A DNA stretch of 64,000 nt from the NCBI GenBank assembly GCA_030390025.1, contig CM059432.1, positions 137,518,001 to 137,582,000 of the forward strand, given 5' to 3'. The first letter of the stretch is position 1; every line of letters begins with the position of its first letter. This stretch comes from Squalus acanthias. Taxonomy: Eukaryota. The notes under the pieces were generated by a model. That model was given only the letters and a program-made list of their open reading frames with translations. It did no database searches and was not told the origin of the DNA. A program made the translations under genes and the position numbers. Positions 10,782 to 23,111 of this stretch are shown piece by piece.

Positions 10782-12227
10782 CAGTAATGCCAACTCTCTC
10801 GAATTAATCGCGAGACACGCGATTTCTAATGACAATTTAACACAACTCGCGAGTCAGCGGCGGAATCTCACGTTTTTTTTTCTCGGGGAATGACGCTGGG
10901 CGGGAGTTGAACAGCACGGCAGTACTCCGATTGGTCAGTGCGCGGCAGTGCTGCTCGGCATTGGCCGCGAAGATTGGGAAGCTCCCGGGAGCGCGCGCTT
11001 TCTTATTGCAGAAGATAGATGGACAGTGTTGCTGGGAGAGATCTGCCTTGCCTTGCCTGGCTTGCGTGGGTTAGCGCCACCGCCCACACACACACACCGG
11101 GCTGCTCATTGTACAAGGTAGAGGTGCTCCGTGATCTCTCTTCATAGTTGTCACTGGGCTTATTAAGTGCATCGCATCCAACTCGCAATAGCCCTCAGCT
11201 CACATGGCCTGATGTGCTTCAACACTGCCCGATAAAATGCTGACGCCAAGGACAAAAGCACTAGATAGAACGAGTGAATCTTCCCTGCAACCTTCCGTCA
11301 GTGAGTCTTCGAGATAGTCACCCACTATCTCCCGCATGCCCCATGTTGGGCTCTGTTCTCTCTGCGCACACACGCACGCCTCCAAATCGATCTCCTGCCT
11401 GCCGCTGTTCACGGAGCCACGGCCGATGGCAGGGGAACAGACTCAAAATCCTGGGAGGCTGAATGAGAGGAAAGAAAATGGCAGCGACAGAGAGTGCGAG
11501 CGACTAAAAATCTAACCCAGAGGAGCAAAAAAAGAATGGGAAGAGTGAGAGAGTTACAGAGGGGGTGAGAGCTACAGAGGGTAAGAGAAAGTGGGGGAGG
11601 GAGGGGGGGGTGGGGAATAGACAATGATTAATATATTAATCTATCGACATGGCACTTGGGTTTTGAGAGGGACGTGATGTGGAGACTGAGGATTGCTGTG
11701 GGAGTCTGTTTCACCAGGACCACAGGCTGCACTGTGCTAGCATTTACTCTGTGGATTTTGCATGATGCCCTGAAAAGCCTGTTTGAATCACGTAACATAT
11801 CAAACACATAATGAGCTTCCGAGAGAGTGGCTGAGGGGTGTAATATGGAAGCTACCTGCTGCACCCACAGATGCTTTCAGCAATGCCAACTCTTGCAATT
11901 AATTTAGAATACAATAATTTTGCGCTTACCCGATACTGAAAAATCACTCGCCCGAAACTCAAGAGCAGTACCCAAACATAGCATCATGGAGATAACAGGT
12001 AGGATTTTAAAAAAGTTTTTTGTAAAGCATTTTCAGATGCAGTAATATAGTTTTAATAAAGAGCTGTGACCTGTTAGAGATTAAATAAAGCCACTATTGA
12101 GATTTAGAAATGAATCTATATTGGTTTATGTTTGGGGGAAAAAAATGAACTCATGATTTCTTACCAAATCTCATGATTCTTAAGAGTTTGTCCCATGATT
12201 TATGAGACAGTGGGGTTGGCATTACTG
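10782..12227. mobile_element. Non-autonomous DNA transposon, 13-bp TIR CAGTAATGCCAAC, 6-bp TSD CTTCTA (hAT-like)
   Basis: CAGTAATGCCAAC at 10782, GTTGGCATTACTG ending 12227; CTTCTA immediately outside both ends; right ~240 bp recurs at 61130-61370. Confidence 0.85.
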
Positions 12228-12934
12228 CTTCTATCACGTTGCAGGCAGTAATATTTTGCCACGCGAAGGCAGAGAGAACCTGAAATATGGGAACATTTCT
12301 CCACCAGCCAAATAGGGAAAGCAATCGGCATTGCTAAAAGCTTCATAACTTTGCACGTTTAATCAGCTTTAATTATAGATTCTTTTTGCTTTTAAAAGGG
12401 GCTGAGAGTAATTTTCCAGTTGAGGGAGAAGGGATGTGTCATTTTGTACCTTAATGAGACCTTTCCACCAGTTTCACCTCCAGTGTGAAAATGTTGGAGC
12501 AGAGTTGCTGTCTGACTCCTCAGCATCACAATTATTTTCTTCAGTGACTTTGCAGCCAATTGGTTAGCATTTGCCAGAAGGCAGATTAATCTTGTGCGTG
12601 ATATTCTCACCAATTCTTTATGTAGTTGGGGAAGAGAAATAATGAGCATACTGGAGTGCTATAAATTGCAGGCATATTAAAGGCGAGACAGGTTTTGATG
12701 TGCCTTTCACTATTGATAAAGATAAATCTTCACGCTCAAGATTTGTTTTATTTTCACATTATGGTAAGAGACTTATCAGATCAGAAGTAAAGTGCTTCCA
12801 GCTGTCTGTGTACCTCTCATGTCAGAACAACACAGGCAGCAGTAGCACAGGAACCATTGTGTCCCCTTGGAGTATTTGATTATCTCAGTCTGTGCTTAAA
12901 CTTATAATCATTAGTTCTGTCCCCAAACCGATAT

Positions 12935-13250
12935 TCGTCTTTTGGATGAGACATTAAACCGAGGCCCTGTCTGCTCACTCAGGTGGACGTAAAAGATCCC
13001 ATGGCACTATTTCGAAGAAGAGCAGGGGAGTTATCCCTGGTGTCCTGGCCAATATTTATCCCTCAACCAACATCACTTTAAAAAAAAAACAGATTATCAC
13101 ATTGCTGTTTGTGGGAGCTTGCTGTGCGCATAATTGGCTGTTGCGTTTCCTACATTACAACAGTGACTTCACTTCAAAAAGTACTTCTCTGTAAAGCGCT
13201 TTGGAACATCCTGAGGTCGTGAAAGGCGCTATATAAATGCAAGTCTTTCT
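12935..13250 (+). mobile_element. Deu-domain SINE, 5'-truncated
   Basis: SINE body plus GGCGCTATATAAATGCAAGTCTTTC tail. Confidence 0.85.
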
Positions 13251-13339
13251 TTTTTAGTTCTTTGGAACTAATCAACAAAGCATTAACTGTTCCTGCTGGG
13301 AATCTGTTCCAAATGTGGGCAAGAGGGGAACATTTTTCT

Positions 13340-13700
13340 AATCCCCACCAATTTCAAATCCTCATCCTTCTCTATGCCCCATCTTACCTCTGCAGCTTCA
13401 TCCAGCCTTGTGTTTTCTCGCACATCCTTCAATCCTCTGACTCTGGCCTCCTTTACCATTTCCCCCCACCCACTTTGTCCCAACATTGTTGGCTCCCTCG
13501 GGACTATTCTGTGGAATTCCTTCCCTGAACCTCGAGCCTCTCTGCTTCTCTCTCCAACTTTAAAAGTCGTCTTAAAATCCGTCACTTTGACCAGGTCCTG
13601 TCCCAGCTTTCCCTTTATGTCTTGGTGACCATTCCTTTGTATTTTATCATCTAAAGCAACCTGAGATGCTTTTCTGTGTTAAAGGTGCAATATAAATCCA
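13340..13700 (+). mobile_element. Degraded L2 LINE 3' end
   Basis: TCCTCTGACTCTGGCCTC...GGAATTCCTTCCCT...TTAAAGGTGCAATATAAAT, like other L2 tails here. Confidence 0.6.
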
Positions 13701-13967
13701 GGATGATGACTTTTGTACTTGTGTCCTTCAATTCTGTGTTCAGTACAGGTCAAGGAGTCCGATTACATCTATCTCGTTTATACCTCCCATCATGTCTCTT
13801 ATCATTTCTCACCCTGTTGTTTCCTGTAGTGAAAGAAACATTTAATTTTACAAGTTCTCAAATGCATCAGTGTCTTTTTGAAGATTGGGAGGGCGAGATT
13901 GCCAGTGATCTGTACAAGAAAGGAATAACTTGTTTTGGCTCATAATCAAATGCCCTTGGGTTGCAGG

Positions 13968-14441
13968 CAATGTTCCCTGTAAGCTGCACTTTGTTCTGTG
14001 CGGCCTGTTTCTTTTAGTGCGCGGTCCCTTTAAATTTCCGTGCATGCGCGGTATTTACAATGGAGAAGCCGGTGAGCGGCCTGCACGGGACCTTTCCCAT
14101 TACTGCGCGGCCACGCAGCTTAGAAGGAACATAAGAATTAGGAGCAGGAGTCGGCCATTTGGCCCCTCGAGCCTGCTCCGCCATTCAATAAGATCATGGC
14201 TGATCTACCTCAACTCCACCTTCCTGCACTATCCCCATATCCCTTGATTCCCTTAATATCCAAAAATCTATCGATCTCTGACTTGAATATACTCAACGAC
14301 TGAGCCTCCACAGCCCTCTGGGGAGAGAGAATTCCAAAGATTCACCGCCCTCTGAGTGAAGAAATTTCTCCTCATCTCAGTCCTAAATGGCCAGCCCCTT
14401 ATTCTGAGACTGTGGCCCCTGGTTCTAGACTAGGAACGCTG
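13968..14441. mobile_element. hAT-type MITE (CAATGTTCCC family) with a CR1 insertion in its right TIR
   Basis: Perfect 8-bp TSD GTTGCAGG at 13960-13967 and 14442-14449; right TIR split as ..AGAAGGAAC / AGGAACGCTG. Confidence 0.8.
14131..14431 (-). mobile_element. CR1 LINE 3' fragment
   Basis: ATAAGAATTAGGAGCAGGAGT..CCCTCGAGCCTGCTCCGCCATTC is the reverse complement of the tail at ~29790-29862. Confidence 0.85.
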
Positions 14442-14449
14442 GTTGCAGG

Positions 14450-14820
14450 GTATGGTAATGTACTGGTTATGTTAATGGACTTGTAATCCAGAAGCCCCGG
14501 ACTAATAATCCAGCGAATGAGAGTTCAAATCCCACCATGGCAGTTTGAGAATTTGGAATTAAAAAGTTGGTTTCTGTAAAAGTGACCGTGAAGCTGTCAA
14601 TTTGTTGTAAAAACCCAACTGGTTCATTGATCTCCTTTTAGAGAAACCTGCCATCCTTACCCGGTCTGGCCTATTTATGACTCCAGCCCCACACCAAGGT
14701 GTTGACTTTTAACTGCCCTCTGAAGAGGCCTAGCAAACCACTCAGTTGCATCAAATCGGTGGGGTGGCCAATAAATGCCAGCCTTGCCAGTGGTGCCCCC
14801 ATCCCAAGAATAAATAGGAA
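14450..14820 (+). mobile_element. tRNA-derived SINE with the 3' tail of the second LINE family
   Basis: B-box GAGTTCAAATCCC at 14521; tail CAATAAATGCCAGCCTTGCCAG..CCCATCCC matches the LINE ends at ~7645 and ~26105. Confidence 0.7.
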
Positions 14821-15239
14821 AAAAATATCTAATATTTAATACCAGTTAACAGCATATCATAACCAAATCCTTTACTTTTCCATTTTTTGCTAACTGACTG
14901 TTTTATTATTAAAACGCGTCTTGTGCTTTCTGTTTCAATGCGCATAACTAAAATACACCTGCCATTCCTCAGCTTATTTATGTTATTGGGCCATTATTTG
15001 AATACTTCTGTTCTTCTAGATACTTGTTACCTGGCCAAGTAGCTGAGTGTTACCATCAGTATATTCTCTTCATAGCTGAATGGAATGTAAATCCTGGAAT
15101 TCGTGCTGCTACTTGTACCTGAAGCCTCCTCCAATGTCTTTTTTTAGAAATTGTAAGGCTTAAAATTCCACTTCATATTTTAACTGTGGCCTTGCCAGAG
15201 ATTAAACAGCCTTGGAGTGGGTGAAGACGAGACTTGCCA

Positions 15240-15550
15240 TAGTGAGGGACTTCAGTTACGTGGAGAGACTGGAGAAGCTGGGATTACTCTCCTTAGAGCA
15301 GAGAAGGTTAAGGGTAGATTTAATAGAGGTGTTCAAAATCATGAAGGGTTTTGACAGAGTACAGAGGGAGAAACTGTTTCCAGTGGCAGGAGGGTCGGTA
15401 ACCAGAGGACACAGATTGAAGGTAATTGTCAAAAGAGCCAGGGAGGAGATGAGAATTTTTTTTTTACTCAGCGAGTTATGATGATCTGAAAGGCACTGCC
15501 TGAAAGGACGGTGGAAGCAGATTCAACAGTAACTTTCAAAAGGGAATTTG
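15240..15550 (+). mobile_element. CR1 RT C-terminal fragment
   Basis: ORF 15212-15481: SYVERLEKLGLLSLEQRRLRVDLIEVFKIMKGFDRV. Confidence 0.85.
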
Positions 15551-15868
15551 GTGATAGTTGAATCAGGAGGCAACAAAGGCATGATGAGGGTTTCAGCAGC
15601 AGATAGGCTGAGGCAGGGGTGGAGATGGGCGATGTTACGGAGTTGGAAGTATGGAGAGGATATTTTTACTTTTGGGCAATGTTGGACATTGCTTTTCAGG
15701 CCCCCCATGTAAAAATCAAGGGTTGGTAATTGTTCCATGAACATCAGAACCACATATTTTTAATCACACCAGGCTGAATAAACTGACTGGGGACATTAAT
15801 TCACACCAAATCCATTCAATGTGCATCATTTGGTGTGGCCTATTTTAATGTATTTTTCCAGAGTTTTA

Positions 15869-17760
15869 CAGGAGTAAGCTATTCTGCCTGCCGAGCCTCT
15901 TCTACCATTCCGTCGGATCATGGCTGATCTGTATCTCAACTCTATTTACCTGCTTTTGATCCATACCCTTGAACCCTTACCTAATCTATTGATCTCAATT
16001 TAGAAAATTTCAGTTGACCCAGCATTTTGGGGAAGAGAGTTCCAGATTTCCGCTCCTGAATGGCTTAACTCTACTCTTTTTTGTTCTTGATTTCCCTACC
16101 AGACAGAATAGTTTCTCTGTATCTACCCAATCGAATCCTTTTGTCATTTTAAATACCTCGATTAGATCCCCCTCAACCTTCTATACTCCAGGGAATAGAA
16201 GCCAAGATTATGTAACGTGTCCTCATAATTTAACCCTTTAAGCCGTGGTATCATTCTGGTGAATCTGCGCTGTACTCCCTCCCAGGCCAGTATATCCTTC
16301 CTGAGGTGCCGTGCCTAGAACTGAACACCGTGCTCCAGATGGGGGCTGAGCAAGACTGAACTGAACTGCACAACTGAAGCATAACTTCCTCCCCTTTGTA
16401 TCCCAGCCCTCTTGAGATAAAGACCAACATCCCATTAGCCTTTTTGATTGCTTTTTGTATCTGTTCACTTTTATTGACTTGTATATGTGGACACCCTATC
16501 GCTTTGCTCCTCCACAGTTCCGAGTTTCTTACCATTAAGAAAATACTCCGATTCGTATTTCTTTCCAAAGTGGATGGCCTCGCACTTCCCCACATTGAAC
16601 TCGTTTTGCCCACTCACTTAATCTGTCTGTATCCCTTTGTAACTTCCGACTCCCATCTGCACAACTCACTGTCCCTCCTGTCATCTGCAAACTTGGATTA
16701 ACAACTCTCTATTCCTTCATCCAAGTCATGAATATATATGGTGAAAAGCTGAAGACCCAGTACATATCCCTGGAGAACACCACTCGTCACATCCCTTTAT
16801 CCCGACTCGCTGTTTCCTACCTCCCAACCAATTTCAAACCCAATCACAAGGTTCCCTCCAATTCCGTGCACTTTCATTTTTGCTAAATATCTCCTGTGTG
16901 GAACCTTATCAAATGCCTTATGGAAGTCCATGTACTGTAGATAACATCCATAGACACGCCCTTATCCACCAGGTTAGCGACCTCCTCAAAAAACAAATTC
17001 AGCTAGATTAGTCAGACATGACTTCCCCTTCACAAATCCATGTTGATTCTCTCTGATCAGCTCCTACTTGTCCAATTGCTCAGTCACCCTGTCCCTGATG
17101 ACAGATTCCAGGAACTTCCCCACAACTGACATTAGACTTGACAGGTCTGTAGTTAGCTGGTTTCTCTCTCCCTCCCTTCTTAAATAATGGAGTGACATTT
17201 GCCATTTTTCAAACCAACGGTGCAGTTCCCGAATTGAGAGCTTTGGAAAATTATGACGAACACATCTGCAATTTCCTCACCACCCTCTATTAATATCTGG
17301 GGTGTAAACCATGAGGGCCTGGAGAGTTCTCTTTTTTAAATCCAATTATTTTCTCCATTAACATTTTTTACTTATGTAAAACCAATAAATTCCTCCACTT
17401 GCCTTATTTCTCGTTCCACTTGTACCGTTGGTATTTTATCCTCTTCCTCTACTGTGAAGACGGATACTAAGTATTCATTTAACAAGTCTGCCATTTCACC
17501 TGCATCTGTCTTCAATGGGCCCATACACCCCTTTACCACTCTCTTTCTCTTGATATATTTATAAACACTTTTAAAGTTAGCTTTGATATCCCTTGCAAGT
17601 TTTTTTTAATATTCCCTTAATTCTTTCTATCCCTTTGTTGCTTTTTATAGCTCTCCCAATCCACTGGATTTCCACTTCTCCTTGCATTTGTGTCAGTCTT
17701 TTCTTTTAACTTGATACTGTCTCTTACCTCGTTTGTTGACCACGGTTGTTTGACTGACTT
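15869..17760 (-). mobile_element. Degraded CR1 LINE (~1.9 kb of ORF2 plus 3' tail)
   Basis: Minus-strand peptides QKAIKKANGMLVFISRGLGYKGEEVMLQL and KQPWSTNEVRDSIKLKEK..GNPVDWESYK; many frameshifts. Confidence 0.85.
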
Positions 17761-18027
17761 TCCTGCAGTAACTTGCTCTCCAAGATATCCTTCATGTTTC
17801 CTCTGTGCCACACCTCCCACAATAACCTGTTTGGGTGCTGCTGTAACGTTGCCCTGTCACACTTTGGTGCTCATTGCCAAATGATTACTATTCTGCATCG
17901 TTTGATATTCATACCTTGATCATCTCCGTTTGTGCCTGGCCTGTTCCCTCATCAGGTGGATGTAAAAGATTCCAGGACGCTAATTTTGAAGAAAAGCAGG
18001 GGCGTTCTCCCTCAACCATTGTAAACA

Positions 18028-18549
18028 CCGTCCTCGGCCTATTACACTGTTCCACGGAAGCTCAGCGTAAGCTCGAGGAACAGCACCTCATCTTTCGTTT
18101 AGGCACCCTACAGCCCTCTGGACTCAACATCGAGTTCAACAATTTTAGATCATAACCTCGGCCCCTATCACATTTATATTTTATTTTTTCATCCACCCTT
18201 TTGTTTGGCCCCCCCCCCCTTTTTTTTTCCTCCCAGAAGCTGGCAGCTGTCCTTCATTCTGCCAGTGCATTTCGCACTTCTTTCAGCCTCAACCTGTCAC
18301 ATTAACACCTCCTCTTGCCTTGATTATCTCTTAATCTCTCTTAATCTCTCCTTTTGTTCTTTCATCCCTCCCCCCTTTTCCCAGCTTTATCCTTGCTTTA
18401 AATCTATTTCATTTCCTGCTTTTTTTCCAGTTCTGAGGAAAGGTCTTCGACCTGAAACGTCAACTCTGTTTCAGCCTGGCCTGCTGAGTTTTTCCAGCGT
18501 TTTCTGTTGTTATTTTGCATTTCCAGCATCCGCAGTATTTTGCTATCGT
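18028..18549 (+). mobile_element. Penelope-like element (PLE) 3' fragment: GIY-YIG endonuclease C-terminus plus pseudo-LTR
   Basis: Peptide LGLLHCSTEAQRKLEEQHLIFRLGTLQPSGLNIEFNNFR; followed by a hammerhead-bearing terminal repeat; direct repeat ATTGTAAACA at 18018-18027 and 18550-18559. Confidence 0.85.
18429..18465 (+). ncRNA. Minimal type-I hammerhead ribozyme motif
   Basis: AGUU-CUGAGGA-A-AGGUC(UUC)GACCU-GAAA-CG-UC-AACU: conserved core, 5-bp stem II, palindromic ACGU mini stem III, GUC cleavage triplet, stem I AGUU/AACU. Confidence 0.75.
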
Positions 18550-18594
18550 ATTGTAAACAGAGTCTTGTGCCTGAGCTAGAAAAGCTGTTCCTGT

Positions 18595-18845
18595 TATCAT
18601 AGAAGGTTTATCATACAGCACAGAAGGAGGCCATTCGGCCCATTGTGCCTGTGCCGACTCAGTGAATCAGCTATCCAATCCCTGCTCTTTTCCCGTAGCC
18701 CTGCAGATTTCTCCTTCCCAAGTATTTACCCAATTCCCTTTTGAAAGATACTATTGAATCTGCTTCCACCGCCCTTTCAGGCAGCGTGTTCCAGATCATC
18801 ATAGCTCACTGCGTAAAAGTATTTCTCATCTCACCTCTGGCTCTT
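18595..18845 (-). mobile_element. CR1 3' fragment
   Basis: CATACAGCACAGAAGGAGGCCATTCGGCCC...TTGAATCTGCTTCCACCGCCCTTTCAGGCAG. Confidence 0.8.
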
Positions 18846-19542
18846 TTAACGTGGAAGGCAAGGGTGTAAGCATTGACCTGGTCACGTCAGTGACACGCTA
18901 TTAAAAATGCATCTGGACAGGAAAGAACTCTGCTGAATGAGTATTCTGGTCGGCTGTTCTCCGAACCAGCAAACCTGTCCGTCATGTGCTCAGGATAAAC
19001 ACATCTCCATATCCGATGTCTTTTGCATAAAAGACAGTAAAATATTCAGCTACCAAAATAACCAGCTATCTCTGTGTTTGCCGGAGGTACTGATTGCCAT
19101 GGATATGCCGCCCAACATGTGACTGCAATATCAAAGCACTCAGTGGTTGTTGGATGAATGCTAGTTTACTAAATGTTAACGAGACCCACCATAACTCAGT
19201 TAGTGCCATTTCTCGGGCTGGCGCTGGGGGACTCTGCCAGTCTCCCGCCAACGTTATGTGGGATTTCTTTTCGTTGTTTATTACATTTCATGCTCCAATT
19301 AAATAAACAGGACTTTCCCGTAATGGGAGCAAAACCTGCTAAATCTATTCTGGTATTCTAAACAGTGCTTTAAGATACGCCACTGCAGGTCTTAGACTTC
19401 AATGTGGACCACTAAAGATTATCTTACCCCAGCTGACATGGTCGAAAAGGGTTAGTCCCTAATGTCTCCTATAATATACAAATATAATTTCTTTCTCTCA
19501 CACTCTCTCTCTCTCTCTCTCTCTCTCTTCCTGTCGCTCGCG

Positions 19543-20042
19543 NNNNNNNNNNNNNNNNNNNNNNNNNNNNNNNNNNNNNNNNNNNNNNNNNNNNNNNNNN
19601 NNNNNNNNNNNNNNNNNNNNNNNNNNNNNNNNNNNNNNNNNNNNNNNNNNNNNNNNNNNNNNNNNNNNNNNNNNNNNNNNNNNNNNNNNNNNNNNNNNNN
19701 NNNNNNNNNNNNNNNNNNNNNNNNNNNNNNNNNNNNNNNNNNNNNNNNNNNNNNNNNNNNNNNNNNNNNNNNNNNNNNNNNNNNNNNNNNNNNNNNNNNN
19801 NNNNNNNNNNNNNNNNNNNNNNNNNNNNNNNNNNNNNNNNNNNNNNNNNNNNNNNNNNNNNNNNNNNNNNNNNNNNNNNNNNNNNNNNNNNNNNNNNNNN
19901 NNNNNNNNNNNNNNNNNNNNNNNNNNNNNNNNNNNNNNNNNNNNNNNNNNNNNNNNNNNNNNNNNNNNNNNNNNNNNNNNNNNNNNNNNNNNNNNNNNNN
20001 NNNNNNNNNNNNNNNNNNNNNNNNNNNNNNNNNNNNNNNNNN
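19543..20042. other. Assembly gap (500 N), preceded by a (CT)n microsatellite
   Basis: Run of N; (CT)n at ~19503-19528. Confidence 0.99.
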
Positions 20043-20479
20043 AACAAAAAGGTTTTAGTCTTGAAACAACATGCTAAAAATATTCCTGCAAGCCACAGCA
20101 TAACTCTGAATTAATATGTTCTGCAATCTCTCCATTTGGTTTGAGATCTGAACCACACTCTCTTGTTTGCAGCAAGGTCAGCGTGTTTACTGAAGAGACC
20201 GCTTGTTAAAGCAAAGTCCAATAACATAATCTGCTTCTAAACCTCCGACTGAGCCAGACTGAATCTGCTGCTAGGAGAAAGCAGGATTTTTCCTCCACCA
20301 TTACAGCTATAGATTCTGAGCTTGCTTTCCTTATTTTTATTCAGGGCGAGGACAGGCTGGGTCTACTCAGTGCAAAAATAGGGAGAAGATTTGTTTTTAA
20401 ATGCCGCATAGCTGTACATTTATGAGGTCGGCACTTGTGTCAGTTCGTCATCCATTGACACATCCCCTGAATTGTGGAT

Positions 20480-20805
20480 TTTTAAAAATTTGTTCACAGG
20501 ATGTAGGCGTTGCGGGCAAGGCCAGCATTTATTGCCCATCCCTAATTGCCCTTGAGAAGGTGGTGGTGAGCCGCCTTCTTGAACCGCTGCAGTCCGTGTG
20601 GTGAAGGTACTCCCACAGTGCTGTTAGGGAGGGAGTTCCAGGATTTTGACCCAGCGACGATGAAGGAACAGTGATATATTTCCAAGTCAGGATAGTGTGT
20701 GACTTGGAGGGGAACTTGGAAGTGGTGGTGTTCCCACGCGCCTGCTGCCCTTGTCCTTCTATGTGGTAGAGTTCGCAGCTTTGGGAGGTGCTGTCGAAGA
20801 AGCCT
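20480..20805 (-). mobile_element. 3' fragment of the second LINE family
   Basis: Reverse complement of ~7380-7690; ORF 20542-20841 AGSKSWNSLPNSTVGVPSPHGLQRFKKAAHHHLLKG. Confidence 0.8.
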
Positions 20806-21107
20806 TTCAGGGTTTTTTTTGTCGTTCATCATACTTGCCACAACAACAATTTTGTTTTAAGCATGGTCCCCTTTTGTTCCAAGTCCTGTTTCACCTAACT
20901 ACACCTGTGTTTTTGTTTCAAAACGGGACACTTCATTGGTTTTTTGGGGGAAAACTTTTCACCCTGCAACATAGTCCATATAAGCACTTTACTGCTGAGC
21001 CCATTTATTTCAAGCACTCCCACCCAAATTGCAACCTTGCATGAGGACATAATGAAATTATAGAACACATTTCAGGGCATCATCTTCCACCGATCTTGTA
21101 CAAGGTT

Positions 21108-21310
21108 TCCCAAAGCGCTTTACAGCCATTGAGGCATTTTTGAAGTGTGGTCACTCTTGTAATGTGGGAAACGCGGCAGCCAATTTGCGCACAGCAAGAT
21201 CCCACAAACAGCAGTGTGATAATGACCAGATAGTGATGTTGGTGGAGGAATAAATATTGGCTCGGACCCCGGGGATAACTCCCTTGCTTTTCTTCAAATA
21301 GTGCCAATTT
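21108..21310 (-). mobile_element. Deu-domain SINE fragment
   Basis: GGAAACGCGGCAGCCAATTTGCGCACAGCAAG. Confidence 0.8.
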
Positions 21311-21579
21311 GCGTATTCCTTCAACTAAGATGGTTCTCTGTTTGTTTCGGGTAAAGCCTGTAACCAATAATGTGCCATGTGTTCCTGTTATTGTCAATGG
21401 TTAGAATTCAAACATTTCCTGCATCGTGGTCCATCAATATCCCATATTGCCTGCATTGTATTAATATATTACAATGGGAGAGGTGGCTATTGATTGGTAA
21501 GATCTATAACTAATGCTTCGGGTATTACTGAGGCTGCTGTGGCTTATGTTGTTTAATCATGCCTCTCATGTTTTAGTAA

Positions 21580-22137
21580 CTGGGGAGGCCATTCAACCCC
21601 TCGAGCCTGCTCCGCCATTCAATTAGATCACGGCTGATCTGTATCTTAATTCCATTTAACCGCTTTGGATCCATAACCCTTAATACCCTGGCCAAACAAA
21701 AATCTATCATTCTCAGTTGTGAAATTTTCAATTGACCCCGCCTCCAGCCTCAACAGCTTTTTGGGGGAGAGAGTTCCAGATTTCCACTACCCTTTGTGTG
21801 AAGAAGTGCTTCCTGACATCACCCTGAGCTGCCCAGCTCTAATTTCAAGGTTATGCCCCCTGGTTCTGGACTCTCCCACCAGAGGAAGTAGTTTCTCTCT
21901 GTCTACCCTATCCATTCCTTTAATCATCTTAAACACCTCAATTAGATCACCCCTTAATCTTCTATACTCAAGGGAATACAAAGCCTAGTCTATGCAAGCT
22001 GCCCTCATAATTTAACCCTTTTAGCCCCAGTATCATTATAGTGAATCTGCGCTGCACCCTCTTCAATAGATTTCATCCTGAGGATTGGGGCCCAGATCTG
22101 AATGCAATACTCAGGTGCGGTCTAACCATACAACTGT
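21580..22137 (-). mobile_element. CR1 3' fragment
   Basis: ORF 21787-21981: YSLEYRRLRGDLIEVFKMIKGMDRVDREKLLPLVGESRTRGH. Confidence 0.85.
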
Positions 22138-22689
22138 AGGTTTTATTAATTTTTCATAGCTTTTAAATCTTTTAGAAGATGTGTAACGTGCCTTGATTTT
22201 AAAGAAAAATGAACTTTCAGCTGGAGTGTTTGGAGATGAGAGTTGGAGGGGGTATTTGCTCGTACTAATTCAGCGCACTCCCTCATAGCCGGCTCCTGAG
22301 AGACATGAGAACAGGTTGGCTGCGGGATAGTGCATTTCCTAGGGTATGGTGGGGCCGAGAGAAGGGGAGTAACCAATCAGATTAGCATACTCAAAGAGAC
22401 TGTTCGAGAGCACGAGAAGTATTTGTTTGAAAAGTTCTGGAGAGTTAAAGTAATTGAGGCAGTCCTGGCCCAATAAATAATGAGCTGCTTTGAACCCTGG
22501 AGTGTACTTTACATTATGTGCTGGCTAGTTAATATACTGTCATGTTTCTATTTGCACGGCTGTGTTCTTTGATTAAGGGAAACAGCAGAAAGCTACCAAT
22601 GATGTGCGACTGAAGCACTCGCTTCTGTTGGAGGTAAGCGTGCTCATTTATTTTCAGTACCATTGCAAGAGGTGTTACTTCAGAAACAA

Positions 22690-22850
22690 TTAACAGCATT
22701 GCAATTGGTCTCAGCATCCCCGGGGTAATGAGCATAATTGGCCAGCTTTCCAATTCGTCGTCACTACCAAGTGACCCCTGCTATGAAGTACTTATGTGGG
22801 CACTAGAGGAAGACAGGACTGTGCCCAGCTGTGATTCCCACCCCCCTCAG
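22690..22850 (+). mobile_element. Ancient SINE fragment (AmnSINE2-like)
   Basis: CAATTGGTCTCAGCATCCCCGGG..TCACTACCAAGTGACCCCTGCT..GACAGGA..CTGTGAT; name from recalled consensus. Confidence 0.4.
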
Positions 22851-23111
22851 GGTGGGAACATTGAACCTTTGATTGCAAAATTTTGAAGTTCTGGAGAAAA
22901 ATTAGTTTCTTTTCATGTTTTGTACGTGTTCATGGGCAGCACCACTTATTGACAAGTCCACTCGTGGCCATAAACAATCAAAACCAATATCTAGCCTTGT
23001 GTTTGGCGATAAGTTTTCTTCTTTTCTGTGTGTATTTGTCTCCGCTCCCGTGTCTGTCTTTATTTATGCTATTTCTCTCTGTCTGTATCTCTCTCAGTCT
23101 CTCTGTCTCTC

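Noticed and set aside
10790..11450. CpG-island promoter with CCAAT boxes
   Set aside because: Entirely within a TIR/TSD-bounded transposon; no evidence for a host transcription start.
19462..20101. ~200-aa ORFs on both strands
   Set aside because: Artefacts of the 500-N gap.
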